A stretch of DNA of 64,000 bases from Lytechinus pictus. Its lineage: Eukaryota. The position numbers and the translations under genes are program-made. Positions 1 to 10,759 of this stretch are shown here, one piece after another; the stretch's first letter is position 1; each line of letters begins with the position of its first letter. The notes beneath the pieces were generated by a model. It saw only the letters and a program-made list of their open reading frames with translations, was not told where the DNA came from and did not search any database. Where the stretch lies: assembly GCF_037042905.1 (NCBI RefSeq), contig NC_087250.1, positions 11,038,001-11,102,000 on the forward strand, written 5' to 3'.

Positions 1-893
1 GCTGGGGCTACTTTTCCATGGTCTCCTATCATAACATTGCTAAAATGTCATGTGGCGTGTGATACATGTACGTCTAAAACTAAACAAAACCCAAGAATCA
101 GACCGAGTCCAGTGTCTTGATGTGTGCACAATGTGACTGTTACTTCTTTCATATGTTAACAGTTATTTAATAACAATGCATTCATCACGTGCCCGAAGAC
201 GCCAAATTCAAGTTTCTTGCCTTTCATACACAACTACGCCACGTACGACTGTACGCTTTCTATTACGTAGTGCATTCAGGTATACGTATACGGCGTTTTC
301 ATTTGAACAAATTCACTCGGCCTACATAACTCACATAATTTCCTAACTTAAGAACCATATTTCAGCATGCCACATGGCTTAAATGATAACATAACTAATA
401 AACCTAAAGATAAACAAATAATACTCACGTCATTGGGCTCGTATCACCAAATTAAAGAAATTTAACAAAAACTATGGGCAAGCGACACGCTTCCCATGAC
501 CAGACAAAATAGCAATACGCCCTCAATCGGTAAATTTAAATCTAAAAAAAAAAACGATTTACAAGATGAAACTAAAACAGTTTCACAACAATTTGAGACA
601 TTCCAAAAATTTCATCCTGTAGGCGACATGTAATACACTACTCAAAAAAAGTTAAGGGCCACTTTTTAAAACGTACATAAAGATTTTATACAAGGTGTTT
701 TATTTCTGGAAATACCTCAGTACAACTGTCCTAAATGTCCTTAAACACGCTGTAATCTATTTCACGCATGGGTGGTTTCAGTTGTTGCACAATGTCTCTC
801 GCATCACTGCACATCCTGAAAAGTGGGCCCCGAGGGGTATCAGCTACCGACATGAAGTGGTAAAAACGAATGTCTGAGTGTCTTTCAGGCAGT

Positions 894-1660
894 TCAGTAA
901 CGAGTGTGACCACCTCCTGCAGCAATAACGGCTTCACAGCGCTGTCTCATGGAGCTGATGAGGCGATTGATGTCTCTGACGTCCAGTGCATCCCATGCAG
1001 CCTCCAGAGCCACACCAAGCTGCTGCAGTCCAAGTGGATGGGCTTCGAGCTGCTCGAGACTCCTCCCCATCATGTCCCAGACGTGCTCTATCAGGTTTAA
1101 GTCCGGGGACCTCGCTGGCCACTCCATACGCTCAATCCCCTGGCCCTCAAGGAACTCGGTCACCACCCTAGCTCGGTGGGCACGGGCATTGTCATCCATG
1201 AAAATGATGTTTTGTCCCACATTTTCTGCAAATGGCACCACTATAGGTTCAAGGACCTCATCCCTGTACCTCACTCCTGTCATTGCTCCCCCTGGGACCA
1301 CGTAGAGACGAGTACGGTTGGCGTAGGTGATGCCTCCCCACACCATGACGCTGCCTCCCCCATAACGGTCATGTTCTGCAATACAGGGGTCTGCAAATCT
1401 CTCTCCTGGTCGCCTCCAGACTCTCGAACGTCCATCATTGTGGTCAAGGGAAAATCTGCTCTCATCTGTGAACAGAACTCTACGCCATTGCTGTCTGGTC
1501 CATCTGACATGCTCCCGGGCCCAGTTGAGACGAATTCTTCTGTGAGCAGGGGTGAGTGGGACACACTGAGCTGGCCGTCTGGCATGCATATTGGCTCTGT
1601 GAAGTCGGTTACGGATTGTTTGAGTGGAAACAATCACTCCAGTTGCTGCAGCGAAGTCAT
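894..1660 (-). pseudogene. Inverted duplicate of the 3' three-quarters of the Tc1 transposase (catalytic domain, lacking the first ~87 codons)
   Basis: ORF 894..1667 on the minus strand matches the plus-strand copy from DFAAATG onward except RFSL vs RSSL. Its listed start is a TTG created by the junction. Confidence 0.9.
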
Positions 1661-2689
1661 ATGCCAAGACACCACCTAAGTGAAACAGATGTAGCCAGAG
1701 CCCTAGGGATGCTGGAAGCTGGCCTCAGTCAGCGAAGAGTAGCCAGAATGATGGGCGTGTAACACAGTGTCATTAGCAGAGCAAATCAAAGACACCGAGA
1801 GACAGGGCTATACTCCGAGAGACCCCGCAGTGGCCGACCAGTTTCGACAACCCCTAGAGATGATCGCTACTTGACGAATCTCAACCTCCGCAACCGCTTT
1901 CACAGTGCACGCCGCCTCAACAATGACTTCGCTGCAGCAACTGGAGTGATTGTTTCCACTCAAACAATCCGTAACCGACTTCACAGAGCCAATATGCATG
2001 CCAGACGGCCAGCTCAGTGTGTCCCACTCACCCCTGCTCACAGAAGAATTCGTCTCAACTGGGCCCGGGAGCATGTCAGATGGACCAGACAGCAATGGCG
2101 TAGAGTTCTGTTCACAGATGAGAGCAGATCTTCCCTTGACCACAATGATGGACGTTCGAGAGTCTGGAGGCGACCAGGAGAGAGATTTGCAGACCCCTGT
2201 ATTGCAGAACATGACCGTTATGGGGGAGGCAGCGTCATGGTGTGGGGAGGCATCACCTACGCCAACCGTACTCGTCTCTACGTGGTCCCAGGGGGAGCAA
2301 TGACAGGAGTGAGGTACAGGGATGAGGTCCTTGAACCTATAGTGGTGCCATTTGCAGAAAATGTGGGACAAAACATCATTTTCATGGATGACAATGCCCG
2401 TGCCCACCGAGCTAGGGTGGTGACCGAGTTCCTTGAGGGCCAGGGGATTGAGCGTATGGAGTGGCCAGCGAGGTCCCCGGACTTAAACCTGATAGAGCAC
2501 GTCTGGGACATGATGGGGAGGAGTCTCGAGCAGCTCGAAGCCCATCCACTTGGACTGCAGCAGCTGGGTGTGGCTCTGGAGGCTGCATGGGATGCACTGG
2601 ACGTCAGAGACATCAATCGCCTCATCAGCTCCATGAGACAGCGCTGTGAAGCCGTTATTGCTGCAGGAGGTGGTCACACTCGTTACTGA
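1661..2689 (+). pseudogene. Tc1-like transposase, 342 codons, with an in-frame premature TAA at codon 34 (1760-1762)
   Basis: The ATG at 1661 reads MPRHHLSETDVARALGMLEAGLSQRRVARMMGV*HSVISRANQRHRETG...RPRSGRP and continues in frame into ORF 1871..2689. It has an N-terminal HTH-like region, a GRP motif, and the catalytic motifs TDES, MDDNA and SPDLNLIEH, with 34 residues between the second D and the E. Confidence 0.93.
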
Positions 2690-3221
2690 ACTGCCTGAAA
2701 GACACTCAGACATTCGTTTTTACCACTTCATGTCGGTAGCTGATACCCCTCGGGGCCCACTTTTCAGGATGTGCAGTGATGCGAGAGATATTGTGCAACA
2801 ACTGAAACCACCCATGCGTGAAATTGATTACAGCGTGTTTAAGGACATTTAGGACAGTTGTACTGAGGTATTTCCAGAAATAAAACACCTTGTATAAAAT
2901 CTTTATGTACGTTTTAAAAAGTGGTCCTTAACTTTTTTTGAGTAGTGTATTTCAAAAGTTTTACTTCAAATTATTGGGTGTTTTTTTTCTTTCATAAGGA
3001 CATAAAGCGGTATACTACTCAAGTGATATTTAGATAAGTGCCCTAGGGAGATAGGTACTTAAGAGAAAACAACAAATCCTTGATAATTAGGTTCATGGCC
3101 TATGAAAATGTTGTCTTTGCCCCTTGTCATAATTTACTTACCCAGTTGCCAATTTGAAATCTATATGGTCTTTATGGGAGTCTAAATTCTAAAGCAGCCA
3201 TAACTTTGTTATTGCTTGTCT

Positions 3222-3685
3222 GAGGCTGTTCTCATTACGCTTTCTAAAACTAGTTTACTGGAAACAGATTCAGGAAACCACTTTGGAAGATCGCTTTGCT
3301 AGCGATCCCACTTGATCACACGAAAGTGGTTTTCAAAATCACTTCACGTAAAGCGCTCTTGTTGCTATGGAAACGCTCTCAGTGGCGTGACACGTTTCGC
3401 GCGAAATTCGAAACCGCAGCATAGGCATTCTACACCTGTCGTGTGGAGTAGCGTGCTCAAAATGTGCGAAGATTGCTTCCCGAAGAACGGTTGTGTCCTC
3501 ACTTACGCTAAAACCAGTTTAACGAGGCAAAGCGATCTTGAAAACTACATCGCGAGGTGGTTTTCCAAACTGGTTTGGAAGATCGCTTCCAAGACCGCTT
3601 TGACCGTTCTCACTACGTGTTAAACTAGTTTCCACTAAACTAGTTTCCAGTAAACTAGTTTAAGGAACGTAGTGAGAACAGCCTC
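3222..3685. mobile_element. Non-autonomous MITE, PIF/Harbinger-like
   Basis: TIRs are GAGGCTGTTCTCA(T/C)TACG..AAACTAGTTTACTGGAAAC at the left and its reverse complement ending TGAGAACAGCCTC at the right. A 3-bp direct repeat TCT flanks it (3219-3221 and 3686-3688). The superfamily call is inferred from TSD length. Confidence 0.7.
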
Positions 3686-3984
3686 TCTGATTTCCTTCAA
3701 AACTTTCACTATTCTGCTTTAGTGTTCTCCTTTCCAACACAACATTTGATAACTAAGGGTGGATTCTCCTTGAAGACGTGAAATAATGAAAAGTAGAATG
3801 CATTTACAAGCCATCATGATCTCATGGCTCTATTTCGTATGTTAAAGTTAATAAACGAGGGGTTTCGCATTAATCGCGCTAAGAGGCCTTTACAAAATAA
3901 AGATCTATAGACAATTCAATAATTTTTCTTTTCTTTTACGCTTAGAGGATTTCGTACAAAGCAAGGGTTTTTCGGTATAATATA

Positions 3985-4969
3985 CAGTGCGTATCAAGAA
4001 AAAGTTTACACTTTGAAAAAGCCCTAAGAATAAAAAAAAATACAACATGTGGGTAGTTTTTTCACATTTATTATTGGGTTTGGGTCTAATCTACCCAATG
4101 AAAGTAAAGGTTTCGACAGAGTGTTACATTTGAGTGAGCACTGTCCATTTTTGTAAAGCTCGCAGAAATCTGTTTGCGCAGAAATGCTCGTTCTCACGCT
4201 GTGTCAAGGGGAAAGGGCGAAATCAAACTTACCCTACAAAGCATTTCTCATACATTTCCTTTGCACTTTTAGTCAATTGAAATCAAACGGATACATTCAA
4301 GCATTTTGTAACAATTTTGTCACCCAAATTGAAATTTCAACACTTAGTAAGCACAGTATTTACCCTTTTTGTGCCAGCTGGATCTGAGGGCATAAACTGA
4401 ATCTGAACAAAATTTTATTTCAGACATCTCCAGCATTTTCACTAAGTTTTCATCATTTAAAGTGGGTTTATATTTCATTTTTCATTTAATACTTGTTTCT
4501 CCACACTTTTCCCAAGCTTGACAATGATTAAAAAATGAAAATCAAGTCGAAGCCATTTCAAGCAAATCATAGCTCAGTGTAAAGCAAATATCATCACGAT
4601 GGCCTCGGTGTGTGGGGGAGTGTGGGTGGGGCGCAATGCACTCTTTGAAGTGTTTTGGGCAAGCAAACAAGTTAAAAAGGTAAACGATATCTTTAAATCT
4701 ATTTTACTAACTAAATTCCATGTGTTATTTATGATTAATGTCTACTTTTATTCGCATAACTACTTCAAAGTTCTGCGCAAATCATTTTTCACTAACTTTT
4801 CAAAAGCAAGTGGTGCTCACTCAAGCGGAAATATTTTTCGACAGTTATATCGTCATTTGCTTAAATGGACCTGTACCAATATTAAAATGTGGAAAAATCT
4901 TCAGAATATTACGAATTTATGATTTTACAGGATTTGTTTGAACTTTTGAACTTTGTTTGATACGCACTG
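3985..4969. mobile_element. Non-autonomous Tc1/mariner-type element
   Basis: Structure is TA|CAGTGCGTATCAA...AAAGTT ... AACTTT...TTGATACGCACTG|TA, with a TA TSD and CAGTG ends. No transposase ORF is present. Confidence 0.85.
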
Positions 4970-5056
4970 TAGAGTGATCACTAATTGAATACAAAATCCG
5001 AGATTCTAGATTCTTCTTTGTGTATTCAAAATTATAAATAAATATATCATTCTCCA

Positions 5057-5900
5057 GGGCCTTTGATACGATAGATCATGATATTATCTTACACAAACTA
5101 TCCTATTATGGTATAAGATGAAATGCCTTGGAGTGGTTCAGGAATTACCTGACAGAACACAATACTTTTTTTGTTAATGGGTGCGAATCTTACTCGGAAA
5201 ATAGAACATGTGGTGCACCACAGGAATCACTCCTCGCCCCCTATTATTAATATTGTTTATAAACGACTTCCATACATCTTCAAAACTATTATCTTTTTAT
5301 TTTGTTCGCTGACGGCTCCCATATATGTTACTCCCATCGTGACCCGACTGCCTTACTTAATGTAATAAATGCTGAATTGGATAGAGGCTAATAAACCCTC
5401 CGAACATAAAGAAGACCAATTACATGTTTTCTAGTAACTCAATGCAAACACTTCGTGGTGACATAAACAATAATGGAGTTAATATTGACTGTGTCCATTT
5501 AACAAAACTTTCTCGGGATAATTACGACAATAAACTATCATAGAAAACGATATTCGTCGTAGAGGGGTCTCTAGAAACATTGGTGTCATAAATGAATTAA
5601 GGACTTTCATACCACACAATACTTTTAATCCTCTACTCAACCCTAGCCCCCCCCCCCTTTTTTTTTTAATTATGGAGATTTCATTTGGGGGAAATTCACA
5701 AATAATTCAATCAAGTAGGTTTTTGTTGCTTAAAAAACGAGCTGTCAGGATAACTGAAAATGCCAATTACCGTTCTCATACTAACCCGTTGTTTAAAGAA
5801 TAAAATACTAAAAGTACACGATCTCTACCTTTTTAAACCTTGGAACTTTTATGTGCCTGTTAAAAAAAAAACCTCTGCCATTACTTCACTCTTCACCAAA
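5057..5900 (+). pseudogene. Highly decayed CR1/L2-group LINE reverse-transcriptase fragment
   Basis: Frameshifted motifs are recognisable: AFDTIDHDI (from ~5059), GAPQES-L-PLL (a GVPQGSILGPLLF derivative, ~5211) and LFADG (a YADD-like box, ~5300). Boundaries are approximate. Confidence 0.65.
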
Positions 5901-6619
5901 AACACTGACATTCATACATATCCTACAAAACAAGCTATTCAAAATCAATATCACCCTCCTCGAAGAAGAACGACACTTGCACAAAAAAACCTTAATTTAT
6001 ACAGGTCCTTAATACTGGAATCAGCGGCGTAACTATGGAGGGGGGGGGCACGTGCCCTCCCACCATCGGCTGGCCCCAAAAAATGGCGGGAAGAGAAAAA
6101 GACGGAGAAAGGTAAACGCAGTGGGAAAAAAAAGAAATTATGGTACATTATAATATGCTATATCATATATATTATGTTATGATTCAGAAGAAATATCTTT
6201 TCATAACTTTATGAAACATAATTTGCTCAGGGCATGTGTGATCTGTGCTATAGACCTGGGCCCGTATTCCATAAACGAGATAAGCATGCTTAAGTCAAAA
6301 ATCTAAGCATTTTGTCTTATTTTCTGTCTAAGATAAAATTCTTAGCCAAAACGCGTATTCCATAAAGAATTGGCTAAGAATTTTGTCTTAGAATTTGGCT
6401 AAGAGGTTTTGCGCGACTAAGACAGATATAGGATGAATGGCTAAGTAACTTTTCGTAAAACTGCAGATTCTGTATTTCATAAATACAACATGGCTAAGAA
6501 TTTAGCCCTAACTTTAAGACAGTTGTGAGCTGTCTTATTTGTTATAGTTTCAAGGCAATTTCAGCCAACAAAATTTTAGAATTTATACCTATATTGCATT
6601 TCGAGCTCCTACCTCATTT

Positions 6620-7190
6620 TTTAAACCGATTTTCATGAAATTTGGAACACACATTAGTCTTAAGGTAAGGAGGTGGAATATTTTTTTCTTTTTTTTCTTT
6701 TTCAGAAATTGTGTTGCCATGGTAACAATATATTATGGCCCAAACTTTGCCGTTTAAAATACTTCATTAGTTTTATACCAATTCTCATGAAAGTTGGCTC
6801 ACACATTGGATTTGAGGAAAAGATGTGCAAGCCACATTTTTGCATGTGTCGGAAAATGTGTTGCCATGGTAACGGTATATTATGGCAAAAATTATGTATA
6901 AATCTCGCTGCTCCAACTATTTCTCTAGTTTTTAACCAATTTTCATGAAATGTGGCACAAACAATAGTCTTGATGTGCAAAACATATTTTATGCCTATAT
7001 AAAAAATTGTGTTGCCATGGTAACGAATAAAATACCAAAAATAAATGAAAATCTTGTGATTGAATTACTTTATCAGTTTTCAACTGGTCTATTCTCCTAA
7101 AAATTTGGCATACACATTAGTCTTGAGTTGAAGATGTCTAAGACATATTTTTGCCTGTATCAAAAATCGTGTTGCCATGGTAACAACATA
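6620..7190 (+). repeat. ~150-bp diverged tandem repeat (core GTGTTGCCATGGTAAC), 4 copies here and resuming at ~56248-56420
   Basis: The core occurs at about 6711, 6858, 7009 and 7169, and again at ~56385 after the intervening insertion. Confidence 0.8.
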
Positions 7191-7680
7191 CAGTGCCGGC
7201 CGCGGGAAACGTCACAGTGCCCCCTAGGGCGAACGCGGTAGCCCGTAGCGGACATTTGAGGGGAGCGGACGAGGGAAGACGCCCGCGTCCGCTCCCCTAG
7301 GACATGAGTGCCCTAGGGGAGCGCCCGAGGATAGTGCCCGCGTCTATCCTAGGGTGTTACCCTAGGATGTTCGACCGTGCATTCTTGGTCGAAAGAGGTC
7401 TGATTTGACACATTCGTTCAAGACTGCATGTGATTTTTATCTCATATCAAGCATAAGTTTTCGATAATTATCGTGGATAAAATCTGTTATGAAAATTACA
7501 AAGTTTTGGGTTGATAACTGGGATTTTAGGCTTTTCACCGAATTACTTATTGTGTTCGATTACACACTGGCACCAGCGTAAAGGGTCCTTTCCTATACAT
7601 GTATATGAATATTCTCCCGTGGTGTCCGTTATTTCATTCACTGACATGGTTAGTCGTGATCGTAAATGAGTTTCTGACAA

Positions 7681-8590
7681 ATGAAGAAGATGATGATTTT
7701 GATGTTGATGAAGATGATGATGATAATGATGGTGATAATGATGATGATGTTGATTATGATGATGGTGATGATTATGATGGTGGTGATGGTGATGATGATG
7801 ATGGTGATGGTAATCGTGGTGATGATGATGATTATGAAGATGGTGATGATGATGATTATGAAGATGATAATGATGGTGATGATGGAGATGATGATAATGA
7901 TGAAGATGATAATGATAATTATGATGATGGTGATAATGATGATGATGGAGATGATGATAATGATTGTGATGATGATGATGATGTTGATTATGATGATGGT
8001 GATGGTGGTGATCGTGGTGATGATGATGATTATGAAGATGGTGATGATGATAATTATGAAGATGACAATGATCGTGATGATGGTAGTCATGGTGATGATT
8101 ATTATGAAGATGATAATGATGGTGATGATGGAGAGGATGATAATGATGGTGATAATGATGAAGATGATAATGATGGTGATGATAATGATAATTATGATGA
8201 TGATGATGGTGATGAATATGATGATGAAGATGATGGTGATGATGAAAATGATGATACTGATGATGAAGATGAAGATAATGATGAAGATGATGATGATGAT
8301 TATGATAATGGTGATGATGGAGATGATGATAATGATGATGATGGTGATGATTATGAAGATGATGAAGATGATGATTATGAAATAAGATGATGATTATGAA
8401 ATAAGATGATGATAATGATGGCGATAATGATGATGATGATTATGATAAAGATGACGATTGTAATGATATTGATGATCATGATCATGATGATAATGATAAT
8501 AATGATGATGATGATGATGATGATAGTAATAAAAATGATAATATAATGATATAAACATTTATAACAATGGTGGCGATGATGATGATGATC
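7681..8590 (+). repeat. Imperfect (GAT)n trinucleotide microsatellite, ~900 bp
   Basis: Seen directly. It generates the Asp-rich, Met-rich and Ile-rich ORFs in three frames. Confidence 0.95.
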
Positions 8591-10759
8591 ACTGGTGTAG
8601 CCAAGAATTTTCAATAGGGGGGGGGGGGGGGCAAGGCGAGGCTGTGGATGGGGGCATCTCCCGGCCACAGTAGGGAGATTTATTTTAATATGTGCATGAT
8701 TATTTTCTGTTCTGCACATCAAAATTCTATATTTTAGGAGAACTTATATGAGCAGTGGCATACTTATATTTTGTGTTCATTTCACATGGTAGGGATCGGT
8801 AAGTTATGTCAAGTGGACTCAATTAAAAAAAACAAAATTTAATTCACTTTAAAAACCAAGTTTCCACTTTAAAGTCGCAAGCATCTAGCATTCTAGGGTT
8901 GTCTGCAATGCTCGAAAGTTTTTTTTCGTTACTGTCATTTGAATTAGTCCATTCTATCACTGAATTATTATATTTCATGGACAATTAACTTCCATTCAAA
9001 TCCTTTCTCTTCTCTTTTTCTTTCTTTTTTCTTTTATATACCCGGTTCATTCTCAATACGCGGGACTAAAGGGCGTGTCGCTCACTTGACGATATTCCCT
9101 TCATATCAACACAAGATGGCGTTTTTATTTGACAGGGTAATAAATTAATATGAACCCTTTGTCGCTTTCTGTTAAGATGCAAATATATCGCAGAAATGGG
9201 CCGGATTTGTTCATACATCAACAGAATACATACTAAGGGTAAAAAAGGAATACATATATATAAGATTTGCTTCAGTTAAATGACAACTAGAATGATTTGA
9301 AACTTGGTGCTTACTTAACAAGAATAAACATTTACATGTACATATATGTGAATGCTGAAAATACAAAAAAAAAATGATTGTCAGAACTCCGATGTAAACT
9401 ATTTGCTAAAGCTGGTTGAAATATCTTCCTGTCATGGTGTTCCGATGTTATATGGTATTTGATAAGATGCTAGCTGCACGATATTAAAAAAAATGCGTTT
9501 AAAACGATGTCGCTCACTTGAAATTTCATGAAATATATGATTTTTAGGAGTACCAACGGAAAATAATTTTTATAAAATCAATGATAAAAGCTACAGCGCT
9601 GAAAACTTGGGAATAGCGAAAATATACATTTCTACAACCTTTCCATTTTGAATTAGGCATGAAAAATAATTATTCTGCCTGATATAGCAATTTTTTTAAT
9701 GAAGCAGAATTTGCTTTTTCGCCCAAACTATACTCAGATTTTGGCAGAATGAACATAAGTAGGACAAAGGATCTTTTGTTGGTAATCAGCCAGCGAGGAC
9801 AAACGAATAAAAGTGAGTTTAATTTTGTCAGAAAGAATAAAAAAACTTAATTTTGGGTTTGAAACTCGCTCTTATTCGTTCAAAAATAAAAAAAATTGGT
9901 CGAAAGTGTGCGTCATTTTGCGTGTTAAAATCGCATAGAAGGTGCTCAATATGCAAGTGAAAGAGGAAGAAAGAATCAAGACTCCTTTCTCAAACCAGTC
10001 TTGTCGCTCAATCATTTACGAAAGAGCATTAGTTCACGCCCGAAGTGTGTACAAAGCAGTGCAAAGTGTGTACAAAACACGTGCGCGGGTTAGAATGGAC
10101 TTTGGACCTTGCCCCGACACATGTTCTCCCATTGACAATGCACGGGTCCCCGGTCTTCGATCTTCGTTTTCCAAACCCGTTGTTGGGTGTCTGGAAAACG
10201 AAGACCGAAGACCGGGGATCGCATTCGTTTAGCTAAGATACCACTTATAAATGTCATTATGAAGGCCTCTATTATTCAGCTCAAATTCAAGAATATTCTG
10301 ATCTAGAATACATTAATGTCATTAATTGGCTGATAATATCATGTTAATTGCTTGTGTCAATAAATAGTATAGTTAGACCAGTTGAAGCGGGATAGGTCTC
10401 CCAGTTTACACCACTATTCCACTGAGACAATTAACAAACTCCAGTAATCAATCAGACCAGTTTCAAATTTCCAGTTAAAGGTTAACTCTAGACCAGTAAT
10501 TTCAGACCAGTTTAATTCTTAACTGGTCCAGTAAAGTGAACTCGACCAGTTAGACCAGTATGCCGTTTTTCCATTTTCCAGAATTACATTCTGTGAACTG
10601 GTTTTTCCTTCTTAATTGGCTGACATTAATTTGCAATTTTACTACCATTGACATAACGCATGTCCCCGGTCTTCGTTTTCCAAACCTGTTGTTGAGTGTC
10701 TGGAAAACGAAGACCGAAGACCGGGGATCGCGTCAATTCGTCTAGCTAAGATAGGCCTA

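Larger units (their letters stand above)
636..2947. mobile_element. Tc1/mariner (Tc1-type, DD34E) transposon rearranged into a giant inverted repeat: arms 636-1660 and 1923-2947 (1025 bp each) with a 262-bp spacer
   Basis: Ends are CACTACTCAAAAAAAGTTAAGG and CCTTAACTTTTTTTGAGTAGTG, flanked by TA at 634-635 and 2948-2949. Paired positions sum to 3583 across both arms. I found about 5 mismatches by eye (658/2925, 758/2825, 794/2789, 1017/2566, 1453/2130). Confidence 0.95.

Noticed and set aside
695..2888. Numerous short alternative-frame ORFs around the transposase
   Set aside because: They are shadow ORFs of the transposase and its inverted copy.
1..3770. Possible Kolobok-like host element around the Tc1 and the 3.2-kb MITE, ending GGGTGGATTCTCCT-TGAA
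   Set aside because: Only a putative right end is visible. The left end would lie outside the window and no TSD can be confirmed.
7650..8722. Met-rich and Ile-rich ORFs
   Set aside because: They are alternative frames of the (GAT)n microsatellite.
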